A stretch of 64,000 bases of DNA, from positions 76 to 64,075 of the forward strand of contig CAVWPR010000015.1 of NCBI GenBank assembly GCA_963756815.1. Direction: 5' to 3'. The notes beneath the pieces are model-generated. The model had not been told where the DNA came from, made no database searches, and was given only the letters and a program-made list of their open reading frames with translations. Position numbers and translations under genes: made by a program. Below are positions 28,373-38,471 of the stretch, one piece after another; the stretch's first letter is position 1, and every line of letters begins with the position of its first letter. The DNA comes from an uncultured Acidimicrobiia bacterium. GTDB lineage: Bacteria > Actinomycetota > Acidimicrobiia > IMCC26256 > JAENVU01.

Positions 28373-29161
28373 TCAGGCGCGGTCGAAGATGACGGCGTAC
28401 CCGCCGTCGGCGCGGTAGAGCGACAGGCGGTTGCCGACGACCTCGAAGGTCTTCGCGGCCTCGAGCGCAGCGGTGTAGTGCTGCGCCTGTTGGTCGACCG
28501 CGGGATCGGCGCACGCCATCAGCGTCGCCGCCAGCGGGCCGATCGTGATCGCGGTTCCCTGCACCTTCGACGGCCCGTTGAAGGTGTTGCACCCCGAGCT
28601 CCCGTTGACGGTGTCCGCCGAGAACGTCGCGGTCAGCGGCTGGTCGCCCGTGGGGCTGGTGAGCGCGGTGCCCGTGTACAGCGTCGTGACGTTCCAGTCG
28701 CCGGCGATCGCCTCGGCACCCGACGGCGCGGTCTCGTAGGTGAGCAACGTCTTGCCGTCGACGTCCTTCAGGGTGAGCGTCGAGCCGGAGCGGGTGAAGG
28801 ACGCGACCTTCGGCAGGCGCCCGAGGTAGGCCTGCTCGATCGCGCTCAGCGGCGCCGGGCATGCGATCTTCGTCGACGCGATGTCCTTGCCGACGGTGAG
28901 CGAGTCGCCGTCCTGCGTGAACGACGTGTGGTACGTGTTGCAGCCGCTGTGGCCGGACAGCCGGCCGCCGGCGAAGCTCGCGGTCACGGTGACGCGGGTC
29001 AGACCGGGCACGGCCGGCGTCATGGACGTGAGCACCCAGTCGGTGCCGTCGATCGACGCCGTGCGCGCGGTGCCCCCGGAGGAACCGCCACTGCTGCCGC
29101 ACGCCGCCAGCGCGACGAGCAACGCGAGCAGGGTCGTGACGCGCACGGAGCGCTTCATCAT
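28373..29161 (-). CDS. lipoprotein with two META (HslJ-like) domains
   Basis: From ATG 29161: MMKRSVRVTTLLALLVALAACGSS (lipobox LAAC). It has two repeats, each with a GCNT[YF] motif (HSGCNTY, SSGCNTF). Confidence 0.75.
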   Translation of the reverse strand: MMKRSVRVTTLLALLVALAACGSSGGSSGGTARTASIDGTDWVLTSMTPAVPGLTRVTVTASFAGGRLSGHSGCNTYHTSFTQDGDSLTVGKDIASTKIACPAPLSAIEQAYLGRLPKVASFTRSGSTLTLKDVDGKTLLTYETAPSGAEAIAGDWNVTTLYTGTALTSPTGDQPLTATFSADTVNGSSGCNTFNGPSKVQGTAITIGPLAATLMACADPAVDQQAQHYTAALEAAKTFEVVGNRLSLYRADGGYAVIFDRA

Positions 29162-29279
29162 GAGCGTGCCCTTCGATCGACGACGCCTCGCTGCGAGCGT
29201 CGGTGCGGCGAGCCTATGGCGGTGCTGCATCGCGAACCGAAGCCGCGGCGCGACGCGGACGCGGTGCCAGACTCGACGC

Positions 29280-31653
29280 GTGCAGGCAGAGCGGCGGCGC
29301 GGATTCGGCCACGCCGACGAGCGCCCGTACCGACGCCTCACGGGCGATGCCATTCGGCTCGCGCTCGCCGCGATCGTCGTCGTGCTCACCGCGGTCCGTA
29401 GCGGAGCGTCGTCGTCGTCGCAGCGCGCGCTCGACGCCTTCCTGCGAGACCCTGCCCGATGCCTTCGACGGCGCGTGCACCGCGCTGCTCGCCTTCGGAT
29501 CGCTGTGGGCCGTCGGCCTCGCGCTCGCGGCGGCGCTCGGCGCGCGCCGATGGCGGCTCGCGGCCATGCTGGGCGCCGCGGGAGTGCTCGCGTGGTGGAT
29601 CGCGCGAGTGATGGCCTTCGTCGATGACGGAGCCGGGTTCTTCTCCGCCGTGACCGACGCGTTCAGCGGCAAGGACACGGCGCCGTACCCCACGGTTCGG
29701 CTCGCCGTGCTGGCCGCGGTCGTCCTCACGGCCGCGCCGTTCGTCTCGCGGCCGACTCGTCGGATCGGCCAACTTCTCCTCGTGCTGCTCGTACCCGCAT
29801 CCGTCATGCTCGACGCCGCCGACGTCAACGCCGCCGTCGCGGGCATCGCCATCGGCTGGGGGATCGCCGCCGCCCTGCACCTCGCGTTCGGCTCCCCCGC
29901 AGGTCGGCCCACGACTGCCCACATCGAGAGGGCGCTCGCCGAGCTCAACGCGCCGGTCCGCGACCTGACGCTGACCCCCGACCAGCCGCGCGGTTCGACC
30001 CTCGCGACCGCTTGCCTCACCGACGGCCAAGCGATCGGCGTGCGTGTCTACGGGCGGGACGCTGCGGACACGCAGCTCGTCGCCAAGGCGTGGCGCACGG
30101 TGGCCTACAAGGACTCCGGGCCCACGTGGACGACCACGCGGCTCCAGCAGGTGGAGCACGAGGCCCTCTGTCTCTACGCCGCGCACGACGCGGAGGTCCC
30201 GGTCCCACGGATCGTCGCCGCGGGCGTCGCGGGCCCATCCGCAGCCCTGATCGCCTCCGTCCAGCCGGGCGGCGTCACGTTGTCTGACCTCGATGCCGGA
30301 ACCGGGGGCGCGTGGGCGCCGGCGCTGTGGCACGCGGCCGTGCGGATGTGGGAGGCCCGCATCGTCCACGGCGCGCTCGATGCCGACCACGTCGTCGTCG
30401 ACGGCGAGGCGGTCACCATCGTCGACTTCGACCGCGGCGAGATCTCGGCCTCACCCGACGCGATCGCCCAGGATCGTGCGCAGGCGCTGGTCACGACCGC
30501 GCTGCTGCTCGGCGCGGCGCCGGCCGTCGAGCTGGCCGTGAGTGCAGTCGACCCCGAAGGCGTGCGCGACCTCGCGCGCTACCTCACCAAGCCGGCGCTG
30601 ACACCGAAGACCCGCGACCGCTTGCGCACCACGAAAGGCCTGCTCGACGAGATCAGCGGACTTCTCGCGGATCACATCGACGGTGGCGTCGTCCGCCCCG
30701 TCGAGCTGCGCCGCGTGAGCCCGATGACGTTGGTCACGATCGCCGCCCTCCTCTTCGCGCTGTGGATCATCCTCGGCCAGGTCGGCAGCCTCTCGGAGCT
30801 CTGGGCCACGCTGAAGACGGCCGACTGGCCGTGGCTCGTCCTCGGGTTCACGCTCGCGCAGCTCACCGCCGTCGCGTTCGCGTTCACCACGATCGGCTCG
30901 GTACCCCAGGTCATCCCACTCGTTCCCGCGATCGTGCTGCAGATGGCGGTGTCGTTCGTGAACCTCGTCGCACCGACGGGGGCGGCGTCCACCATCATGA
31001 ACATCCGGTTCCTGCAGAAGCAGGGCGTGGAGGTCGGCGCCGCGACCTCGTCCGGCGTGCTCGTCGGGCTCTCCGGGACGATCACGCAGTTCGGGCTCTT
31101 CGTTCTGACGGCGTTCGCGGTCGGGGAGCAGGGCAGCCTCTCCCAACTCGGCGGTGGCGACCGCGACGACGGCGCGCTCATCGTGATCGGCGTGTTCGTG
31201 GTCGCCGCCGTTGCCGGCGTCGTGCTCGCGATACCGGCGCTGCGCCGGTTCACACGCTCGAAGGTGTGGCCGCAGGTGAAGAGCGCGGGCCGCAACATCT
31301 GGGGCATCCTCACGACGCCGCGCCAGCTGGGCCTGGTGCTCGGCGGCAGCGTCGCCGCGCAGCTCCTCTACTCCTTCTGCCTCTGGTCCTGCCTGCACGC
31401 GTACGGTGGCAGTCTCAGCCTCGGCGAGATCGTGTTCGTCAACACGTCCGCGTCGTTCCTGGCGAGCCTCATCCCTGCACCCGGCGGTATCGGGATCATG
31501 GAGGCTGCTCTCGTCGGTGCGCTCACCGCGTTCGGCGTCCCGAGCGAGATCGCGGTGGCGACCGCGGTGACGCACCGGCTGTTCACCACCTACCTGCCGC
31601 CGCTCTGGGGCAGCTACGCCACGAAGTGGCTCGTCGGTCGCGGGTACCTGTAG
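29280..31653 (+). pseudogene. large membrane protein: polytopic N-domain, kinase-like domain, MprF-type flippase-like (UPF0104) C-domain. Paralog of 59136..61523; +1 frame change at CCC 29450-29452
   Basis: The N-terminus (GTG 29280, ..GDAIRLALAAIVVVLTAV..QRALDAFLRD) is in the frame of ORF 28881... The rest (LPDAFDGACTALLAFGSLWAVG..) is in ORF 29203..31653. It aligns by eye along its whole length with the second copy. Confidence 0.8.
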
Positions 31654-31733
31654 CGCGCCGCTTGCTGACGCACCCGACGGCCGTGCATTAGGTTGCCCTG
31701 CGCCCAATCTTCCTAGGGGTAGGAGTACCCAGC

Positions 31734-32129
31734 ATGCTCGCAAGCGATTTCGGCACCGGTCAGGTCTTCCTGTCGATGCTCTGGTTCTTCCTGTTCTTCA
31801 TCTGGATCTGGCTGCTCATCACGGTCTTCGCGGACATCTTCCGCAGCCACGACATGGGTGGCTTCGCGAAGTTCCTGTGGGTGATCTTCGTGATCTTCCT
31901 GCCGTACCTCGGCGTGTTCGTCTACCTCATCGCACGTGGTCACAAGATGAGCGAGCACGCGATGCAGGCCGCGCAACAGCAGGACGCCGCCGCGCGTGCG
32001 TACATCCAGCAGGCCGCGGGCACCAGCGCGAGCCCGGCCGACGAGCTGGCACGTCTCGCCGACTTGAAGAGCCAGGGCGTGATCACCGACGCCGAGTTCG
32101 CCCAGATGAAGGCCAAGATCGTCAGCTGA
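31734..32129 (+). CDS. membrane protein with PLD-N-terminal-like TM domain and SHOCT domain
   Basis: 131 aa. Has FLSMLWFFLFFIWIWLLITVFADIF .. FLWVIFVIFLPYLGVFVYLI and a C-terminal SHOCT-like ELARLADLKSQGVITDAEFAQMKAKI. Confidence 0.8.
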   Translation: MLASDFGTGQVFLSMLWFFLFFIWIWLLITVFADIFRSHDMGGFAKFLWVIFVIFLPYLGVFVYLIARGHKMSEHAMQAAQQQDAAARAYIQQAAGTSASPADELARLADLKSQGVITDAEFAQMKAKIVS

Positions 32130-32149
32130 CCCGTTCCACCCCGCGGCGT

Positions 32150-32182
32150 CCGCCGGAGTCGTCAGACCGACGGCTCCGGCGG
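32150..32182. terminator. candidate bidirectional terminator hairpin (9-bp stem CCGCCGGAG/CTCCGGCGG, 15-nt loop)
   Basis: Inverted repeat read directly between convergent genes 31734..32129 and 32162..33139. It overlaps the stop of the minus-strand gene, has no U-tract and has a long loop. Confidence 0.35.
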
Positions 32183-33139
32183 GTGTCCGGCCAACCGGTC
32201 CTCGAGGTCGATGGGTGCGGGGACCGAGCGTCCGGCCCGTTCCTCGGATCGGTACCAGAACGCGGCGTTGAGCGAGATCGCCGCCGAGACGATGCGACCG
32301 AGGATGTAGGCCCACAGCAACAACGCGAGCGACGTCCCGATCGCGCCGTAGGTGTCGGACTTCCGCTCGATCGAGCCCGCGAAGTAGAACACCGTCGCCG
32401 CCTGCAGGCCCGTCGTGCCGACTGCCACCAGCGCCGCTCCCGGCGCCAGCGCCCACCACGGACACTCGGCGTGGGGCAGCAGCCGAGACGTGAACAGGTA
32501 CAGCCCGAAGACCAACCCCATCGACAGCAGCAGCGAGAGGATCCCGAGCAGCAGCGACTGCTGCCGGATCCATGCGATCCCCCCGCCCACGAGGAGCTGG
32601 GTCGACACCAGCCCGATGGCGAGCGCCGCCGCCGCGTTCGAGCTCGAGAGCTTGGGCACCGGCACGCGCCACACCAGGCCGTGGGTGATCCGCAGGACCT
32701 TCACGAGCGCGCGGGCGGCGAGGAACATCGCGAAGCCGCTCACGCAGATCGCCCAGACGCGGTTCCACGTGTCGAGATTCGCCGCGCTCGCGAAGGTGCG
32801 TGCCATCAGGCCGCTGACACCCACCGAGCGCGCCAGATCCGTGGGATCCTCGGACGACGCGCCGGCGGCGAGCCCGAACGTGACCACGCAGAAGAAGACG
32901 TACGGCACGAGGAAGAGGAACGCCCGGAAGGCGATCGCGGCCGAGAGCACGCCGCCGCCGGCCGCGTTGTCGCGTTCGAACGCCCGGAACGCCGTGTCGA
33001 TCGGACCCGAGCTGGGACGCGCATCCTCGAGCCGGTGGTAGGTCGAGGTGATCTGGTGCTCGACGCGCTCGGCGGCCGGCGGCGATGCGGCTGCGCTTGG
33101 TCGCCGAGTCGGCGGCGGTCTCGGCTCCGCTCGCCGCAT
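32162..33139 (-). CDS. YihY/BrkB (virulence factor BrkB) family membrane protein
   Basis: 325 aa. Has ..FERDNAAGGGVLSAAIAFRAFLFLVPYVF.. and six TM segments, as is typical of YihY. Confidence 0.8.
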   Translation of the reverse strand: MRRAEPRPPPTRRPSAAASPPAAERVEHQITSTYHRLEDARPSSGPIDTAFRAFERDNAAGGGVLSAAIAFRAFLFLVPYVFFCVVTFGLAAGASSEDPTDLARSVGVSGLMARTFASAANLDTWNRVWAICVSGFAMFLAARALVKVLRITHGLVWRVPVPKLSSSNAAAALAIGLVSTQLLVGGGIAWIRQQSLLLGILSLLLSMGLVFGLYLFTSRLLPHAECPWWALAPGAALVAVGTTGLQAATVFYFAGSIERKSDTYGAIGTSLALLLWAYILGRIVSAAISLNAAFWYRSEERAGRSVPAPIDLEDRLAGHPPEPSV

Positions 33140-33208
33140 CGTCGGGCACCGCGTCCGCGGTCACCGGGTCGTCGGGCACGGCGGGCATCGTAGGGGTGCG
33201 GCGCAGGG

Positions 33209-33679
33209 TCAGCGGAGCGGGACCCCGCTCACGATTCGGCGGCCGGAGACGAACTCGGTCCGGATCCGCACCACGTGGCCCCGCGTGCCGTGGGCCCATG
33301 CCCGTACCGGCAGTGGCTCGAGCCGACTCAGCTCGATCGGACGCAACTCCGTCGCCTTGCCGACGAACATGACGCTCCAACCGAGGTGACCCGCCGCGTC
33401 GAAGTCGTCGACCTGGAACGCGACCACGGACTCCTTCAACGCGGCGTCGAGCTTGGTCCCGGCCGAGGTTCGGAACACGACGTCGCGTCCGATCAGGCAG
33501 AAGTTCACCGGGAACACCGCGGGCAACGCGCCCACGGTCACCGCCACGCGCCCGATCGGGCGGCGAGCCGCGAGATCCAGGGCCTCCGCCTCGGTCAGCA
33601 GCTCGAGCCCCTCCTCGACGAGTGCTCCCGGGTGGAGGCGCTCCGGTGGCCGCGTGTCCGCCATCGCGCCACGATCCAC
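33209..33679 (-). CDS. pyridoxamine 5'-phosphate oxidase family protein
   Basis: 156 aa with the pattern ..IGRVAVTVGALPAVFPVNFCLIGRDVVFRTSAGTKL.. Confidence 0.75.
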   Translation of the reverse strand: MDRGAMADTRPPERLHPGALVEEGLELLTEAEALDLAARRPIGRVAVTVGALPAVFPVNFCLIGRDVVFRTSAGTKLDAALKESVVAFQVDDFDAAGHLGWSVMFVGKATELRPIELSRLEPLPVRAWAHGTRGHVVRIRTEFVSGRRIVSGVPLR

Positions 33680-33775
33680 CGGCAGGACCCTTCGCGACCA
33701 GGGTCGAAGGTCACAGCCCGGTCCGCGACCGTGGTCCCGATATCGTGCCTCGCTCCGCGAACGGAAGACCCCACG

Positions 33776-35107
33776 ATGACCGATGCAGCGCTCATCGACG
33801 CCGCGACGAAGATCTACATCTACGGCTACCCCCTGCTCGACAACCTGAGCGAGATCGCCAAGATGCCGGCCGGTACCGCCACCCTCGCCGAAGGGCGGCC
33901 GGTCCCGTACAACACGTTCTTCCCGGCGCGGGCACTGCTCGACCCGTCCGCGAAATTCGTCTCACCCAACAACGACACTCTGTACCTGCTCGCGCCGTTG
34001 GACCTGAGCGGTGGCCCGGTTGCGCTCCACGTCCCCGACACCGCCGACCGCTACTACGTGCTCCAGTTCGTCGACGCCTGGACGAACAACTTCACCTACA
34101 TCGGCCGGCGCGCGACCGGGACCGCGGCGGGCGACTACCTACTGGTCCCGCCGGGATGGTCGGGCGCCGCCGACCCCGACGGCGCCACCACGGTCGAGGT
34201 CCCGTCCACCGTCGCGGTGATCGTCGGTCGGATCCAGGTCGACGGCGAGGCCGACCTCGCCGCGGTCCACGCACTCCAGGATCAGTTCACGCTCACGGCC
34301 GCGGTACCCGACGGCGAACTCGCCGGCATTCCGGCCCCGGGCCCGGACGTCGCCGACGATCTCGTCGAGTGGGAACGCCTCCGCCTCGCGCTCGCCGCCT
34401 TCCCGCCCCCGGCCGGTGACGCCGAGTTCGTCGCGATGGCCGAGCGCCTCGGGCTCACCGGTTCGTCACCGCTCGTCGAGCTCGACCCGGAGGTCGCCGA
34501 CTCCCTGCGCCAGGGCGCGGAGACGGGCCGGGCGACGATCGAGCAGATCGCCGGCGGCGGCAACGCCGTCGGCTGGGTCAGCGCGATGCACTACTTCGAC
34601 TACAACCTCGACCGTTGCGGCCTCGGCACCATCGACTCGCCGCAGTGGAAGATCGCCGACCGGACCACGGCCTACGTGACGCGCGCCGTCGCCGCACGCG
34701 CCGGTCTCTGGGGCAACCACGGATACGAGGCCGACTACGAGATCATCTGGACCGACGACCGCGGCGACCGGCTCGACGGCGCCCACCGCTACGAGGTGAC
34801 GTTCTCGCCGGAGCCGCCGGCAGACGCGTTCTGGTCGCTGACGATGTACGACGTGCCGGACTTCTACCTCGTCGCGAACCCGATCGGGCGGTACTCGATC
34901 GGCGACCGCACGCCGGGGCTCGTCGTGGCCGACGACGGCTCCGTGACGGTGTTCCTGCAGGCGACGTCGCCGGGCGCGGGCCGCGCATCGAACTGGCTCC
35001 CGACGCCGGCGAGCGGCGCGTTCCGACCCATCCTCCGCATGTACCAACCAGGCGCCGCGATCCAGGACGGTAGCTACACCTTCCCGCAGATCCGCCGCGT
35101 CGGCTGA
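33776..35107 (+). CDS. DUF1254/DUF1214 domain protein
   Basis: From ATG 33776 within ORF 33275..35107. Has IYIYGYPLLDN.. , YYVLQFVDAWTNNF and the C-terminal DAFWSLTMYD motif. Confidence 0.8.
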   Translation: MTDAALIDAATKIYIYGYPLLDNLSEIAKMPAGTATLAEGRPVPYNTFFPARALLDPSAKFVSPNNDTLYLLAPLDLSGGPVALHVPDTADRYYVLQFVDAWTNNFTYIGRRATGTAAGDYLLVPPGWSGAADPDGATTVEVPSTVAVIVGRIQVDGEADLAAVHALQDQFTLTAAVPDGELAGIPAPGPDVADDLVEWERLRLALAAFPPPAGDAEFVAMAERLGLTGSSPLVELDPEVADSLRQGAETGRATIEQIAGGGNAVGWVSAMHYFDYNLDRCGLGTIDSPQWKIADRTTAYVTRAVAARAGLWGNHGYEADYEIIWTDDRGDRLDGAHRYEVTFSPEPPADAFWSLTMYDVPDFYLVANPIGRYSIGDRTPGLVVADDGSVTVFLQATSPGAGRASNWLPTPASGAFRPILRMYQPGAAIQDGSYTFPQIRRVG

Positions 35108-35116
35108 TCGCGGCGG

Positions 35117-36001
35117 TCAGGCGCGCGGCGTCGGCGTCGCGCCGGTGTTGGCGACCACCGGGAGCTCGTCGAACTCCGCAGCCGGCAACGGGGGGATCGG
35201 AACGTCGGCCGGGCGGGGCCACGCGATCGGCGTCACGTCACCGTCGATGACGGCACCCACCTCGATGCCACTGCGCTCGACCGCGAAGTGGGGGAAGGCG
35301 TAGCCGCGCGTGCTGCCGTCCGGGAAGTAGATCATCGTCTGCACCGCCCGGTCCCGGTCGGTGCGATTCGCACTCGCGAAGTGCACGGTCAGGCCGTGAT
35401 GGAACGCGACACCTCCCCTCGGGACCTCGACGAGCACTGGCTCCAGATCGGCGATCTCCGGATCGGTGAGGATGTCCTCGGGCTCGCCGAAGAAGATGTT
35501 CACGAACTTCCGAAGTCCGATCGCATGGCTGCCGGGCAGATAGGACATCGCGCCGCTCGCGGTCGTCGATCCCTCGAATGGGATCCATGCCGTGACCGAC
35601 GCGGTCTCCAGGATCGGCCAGTACGGATGGTCCTGGTGCGGGTCGGTCACGCGTCCGCCGGCGCGCTTGTACAGCGCCTGGTCGTGCCAGAGGCGAACGG
35701 CTTCGACGCCGAGCAGCTCCGCGGCAGCCTGACCGACCCGGGGGTGGAACACGAGCGGCGCGACGTCGGGATGATCCTCCCAGAGGTTCATGCACTGCAC
35801 GAACGACTGTTGGTAGCGGCTCTTCTGCTCGAGCGGCGTGGTGTCGTGGCGGGTCCGATCCTCGACGGCCGCGGTCACGGCGTCGCCGTACCGGTCGAGC
35901 TCGGCTGCGGTGAGCAGGTCCGGAACGACGACGAAGCCGTCGCGCTCGAAGGTGCGCACCAGCTCCTCGTCGAGGAGGCGATCCGGTGTGGTCGTGGTCA
36001 T
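35117..36001 (-). CDS. phytanoyl-CoA dioxygenase (PhyH) family Fe(II)/2OG oxygenase
   Basis: 294 aa with the HxD motif in DPHQDHPYWP and a distal His in VAFHHGLTVHFASAN. Confidence 0.85.
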   Translation of the reverse strand: MTTTTPDRLLDEELVRTFERDGFVVVPDLLTAAELDRYGDAVTAAVEDRTRHDTTPLEQKSRYQQSFVQCMNLWEDHPDVAPLVFHPRVGQAAAELLGVEAVRLWHDQALYKRAGGRVTDPHQDHPYWPILETASVTAWIPFEGSTTASGAMSYLPGSHAIGLRKFVNIFFGEPEDILTDPEIADLEPVLVEVPRGGVAFHHGLTVHFASANRTDRDRAVQTMIYFPDGSTRGYAFPHFAVERSGIEVGAVIDGDVTPIAWPRPADVPIPPLPAAEFDELPVVANTGATPTPRA

Positions 36002-36172
36002 GTCGCCGTGCTCTCCCGCGGCTGGCTCGAGGGAACCGCACGAGCGTACCGGCCTCGCGTACCACCCGCGCGAGGCGTTCGGTCGTCCGACACGTCCGCC
36101 GGCGTCGGCGCCGCTCGACGTCGGTACCGATGCGAGTGACAGCGTCGATCACGGCGCGCGAGGCTCCCGCCC

Positions 36173-37378
36173 GTGTTCGACCGCGCCGCACGTGACGCCG
36201 CCGTCGTCGATCCACGGCTCGACGCCCGCGCCATCACGTTCGAGAACCCCACCGGTGCCCGCGGCGCGGGCGGGACCGCACACGGTGGAAGGAAGGGCGC
36301 ACCGAACCGGCGCATCCGGGCCGGCGAGCGGGTCGTGCTCGCGGACGTCGACGGGCCGGGAATCGTCCGTCACCTGTGGATGACCGTCCCACCGGCGGCG
36401 CCCGAGCGCCTGCGCGGCCTGCTGCTCGAGGTGTTCTACGACGACGCGACCGAGCCGAGCATCTCGGTGCCGGTCATCGACTTCTTCGGGCTCCCTCACG
36501 GGCGCCCGGTGCCCTACGAATCGGCGTACACCACGGTGCTCGAGGGGCGCGGGCTCACGAGCTACCTGCCGATGCCGTTCGCGAGGAAGCTGCGCGTCGA
36601 GTTCGTCAATGCGTCGACCGCCGGCACGATCCTCTACTTCCAGATCGACTACACCCTCGTTCCCGAGCTCGAGCCCGACCACGGATACCTACACGTCACG
36701 TTCCGACGGGAGAACCCCACCACCCTCCGGCGCGACTTCGTGATCGCAGCGGGCCTGCGCGGTCCCGGTCGGTTCCTCGGCTGCAACGTCGGCGTGCGGG
36801 TCATCGACGCCGCCGACTGGTACGGCGAGGGCGAGGTGAAGGTGTATCGCGACGGCGACGCGGAGCTCCCCACCATCTGCGGCACCGGGCTCGAGGACTA
36901 CGTCGGCAGCGCCTGGGGGCTCGGTCGGTGCCACGCCGCGTACTCGGGCGCGCCGCTCGTCGTGCACCCGGACGCCGGTCCCGGCGGCGGACCGCTCGCG
37001 GGGAACCCGGACTTCGTCGGCTTCTACCGCTGGCACCTCCCGGATCCGATCATGTTCGCGACCGACCTCCGGGTCACGATCCAGCAGATCGGTGCGAAGT
37101 TCTTCGCCGCCGGTCAGGACGCCGAGCTCGCCGCGTACGAGGCGACGAACCCGGTGGCGGGTGAGGGTTGGCACCGCGGACTCGCGCCGGGGATGCTCGC
37201 CTGGGGCATCGCCGAGCGCGTCGACGACTACTGCGCGACCGCCTACGTCTACTGCTCCGAGGTGCAGGCGGTACCGCGCGTCGACGTGGCGGTGGCGACA
37301 GCCGACCTCGATCGCCGCGACTACGAGGTCGCCGATCCCTTCGAGCTCTTCGGCGGCATCGCCGCCGGCGCGGACTGA
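36173..37378 (+). CDS. DUF2961 (GH172-like) family protein
   Basis: 401 aa. Has ..VVLADVDGPGIVRHLWMT.., YLPMPF and EGEVKVYRDGD..TICGTGLEDY, which are characteristic of DUF2961. Confidence 0.8.
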   Translation: MFDRAARDAAVVDPRLDARAITFENPTGARGAGGTAHGGRKGAPNRRIRAGERVVLADVDGPGIVRHLWMTVPPAAPERLRGLLLEVFYDDATEPSISVPVIDFFGLPHGRPVPYESAYTTVLEGRGLTSYLPMPFARKLRVEFVNASTAGTILYFQIDYTLVPELEPDHGYLHVTFRRENPTTLRRDFVIAAGLRGPGRFLGCNVGVRVIDAADWYGEGEVKVYRDGDAELPTICGTGLEDYVGSAWGLGRCHAAYSGAPLVVHPDAGPGGGPLAGNPDFVGFYRWHLPDPIMFATDLRVTIQQIGAKFFAAGQDAELAAYEATNPVAGEGWHRGLAPGMLAWGIAERVDDYCATAYVYCSEVQAVPRVDVAVATADLDRRDYEVADPFELFGGIAAGAD

Positions 37379-37394
37379 CCGCGCGCCGGGCGCG

Positions 37395-38471
37395 TCACGT
37401 CGCGATGAGCTCGGCTGCACCGAGGTCGAGCACGTGCCGGCTGTGGCGAGCGGCCATCGTGAGGAACATCTCGTCGCCGCGCGCCGTGCGCTCCACGAGC
37501 ATCGACGCCGCGACCGCCATCATCAGGCCGGCAAAGGTGCCCCGGCGGTAGTCGGTCCAGCACTGCTCCCACGGGTAGCCCGTGACGCCGGCGGCCTCGA
37601 GGCTGCGGTGGTACTCCCGGACGAGCGTCTCCTCGTGGGCGCGCCGGTCCTCGGCCCTCAGCCCTGCGCCGATGAAGTACGCCACGTCGTGGAGGGCCGG
37701 GCCCACGGTGCACGTCTGCCAGTCGACGACGCCCGCGACCGTGCCGTCCGCGTGCAGCAGCAGGTTGTCGAGGCGGTAGTCGCCGTGCACCACGGTCTCG
37801 GGACCGCCCGTGGGCGTGAGGTAGTTGCCCAGGTTGGCGAAGAGGGTCGCGCCCGCCGCGTGGACGTCGGCGCCGAGGTCGGTCGCGTACCGCTCCTTGA
37901 ACCCCTCCCACAGGGTCGGCAGCAGCATCGTGAGCATGGCGATGCCCATCGCGCGGTCACCGGTCAACCACTCGATGTCGGCGAGCGTGGGATCCCCCCA
38001 GCGCGGTGCGTGCAGACCCACCAGCTCCTCCACCGCGGACTCCGCCACGCCGATCGTGCACCCGACGAGCTGGTCGCCCTGACTCGCCGGTGCGAGGTCC
38101 TCGAGCAACAGGACGAACCGCGAGAGGTCATCGGCGTCGAGCGCGACGTGAAACACCCGCGGCGTCGGGATGAGGAGACCGGTCGCGAGCTGCTCGTAGA
38201 ACCGGACCTCCTTCTCGTAGCTGCGCATCGCGACGGCGGTGGCCCGGCTCGTCTCGTCGGCGGCCGGCAGCTTGGCCACGAGCACGGCGGGCGCATCCGT
38301 CGGCGCGTCGTACGTGAGTCGGACGCGCACGCTGTCGCACATCTGCCCGGTGCCGAGCGGCTCGGTCTCCACCGCGGTGACCGACGCGCCGGCGAGGGCG
38401 TCGGACGCGCGCAGCACGTCGGTGAGCCACTCGGCGGTGAGCTCGTCGGGGTGGGTCGCGATCGCACTCAC
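37395..38471 (-). CDS. aminoglycoside-phosphotransferase-like (APH/CHK) kinase family protein
   Basis: From GTG 38471, which overlaps the upstream stop (GTGA). The catalytic loop VVHGDYRLDNLLL and the metal-binding VVDWQ are present. The remainder of the 591-aa ORF is junk. Confidence 0.85.
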   Translation of the reverse strand: MSAIATHPDELTAEWLTDVLRASDALAGASVTAVETEPLGTGQMCDSVRVRLTYDAPTDAPAVLVAKLPAADETSRATAVAMRSYEKEVRFYEQLATGLLIPTPRVFHVALDADDLSRFVLLLEDLAPASQGDQLVGCTIGVAESAVEELVGLHAPRWGDPTLADIEWLTGDRAMGIAMLTMLLPTLWEGFKERYATDLGADVHAAGATLFANLGNYLTPTGGPETVVHGDYRLDNLLLHADGTVAGVVDWQTCTVGPALHDVAYFIGAGLRAEDRRAHEETLVREYHRSLEAAGVTGYPWEQCWTDYRRGTFAGLMMAVAASMLVERTARGDEMFLTMAARHSRHVLDLGAAELIAT

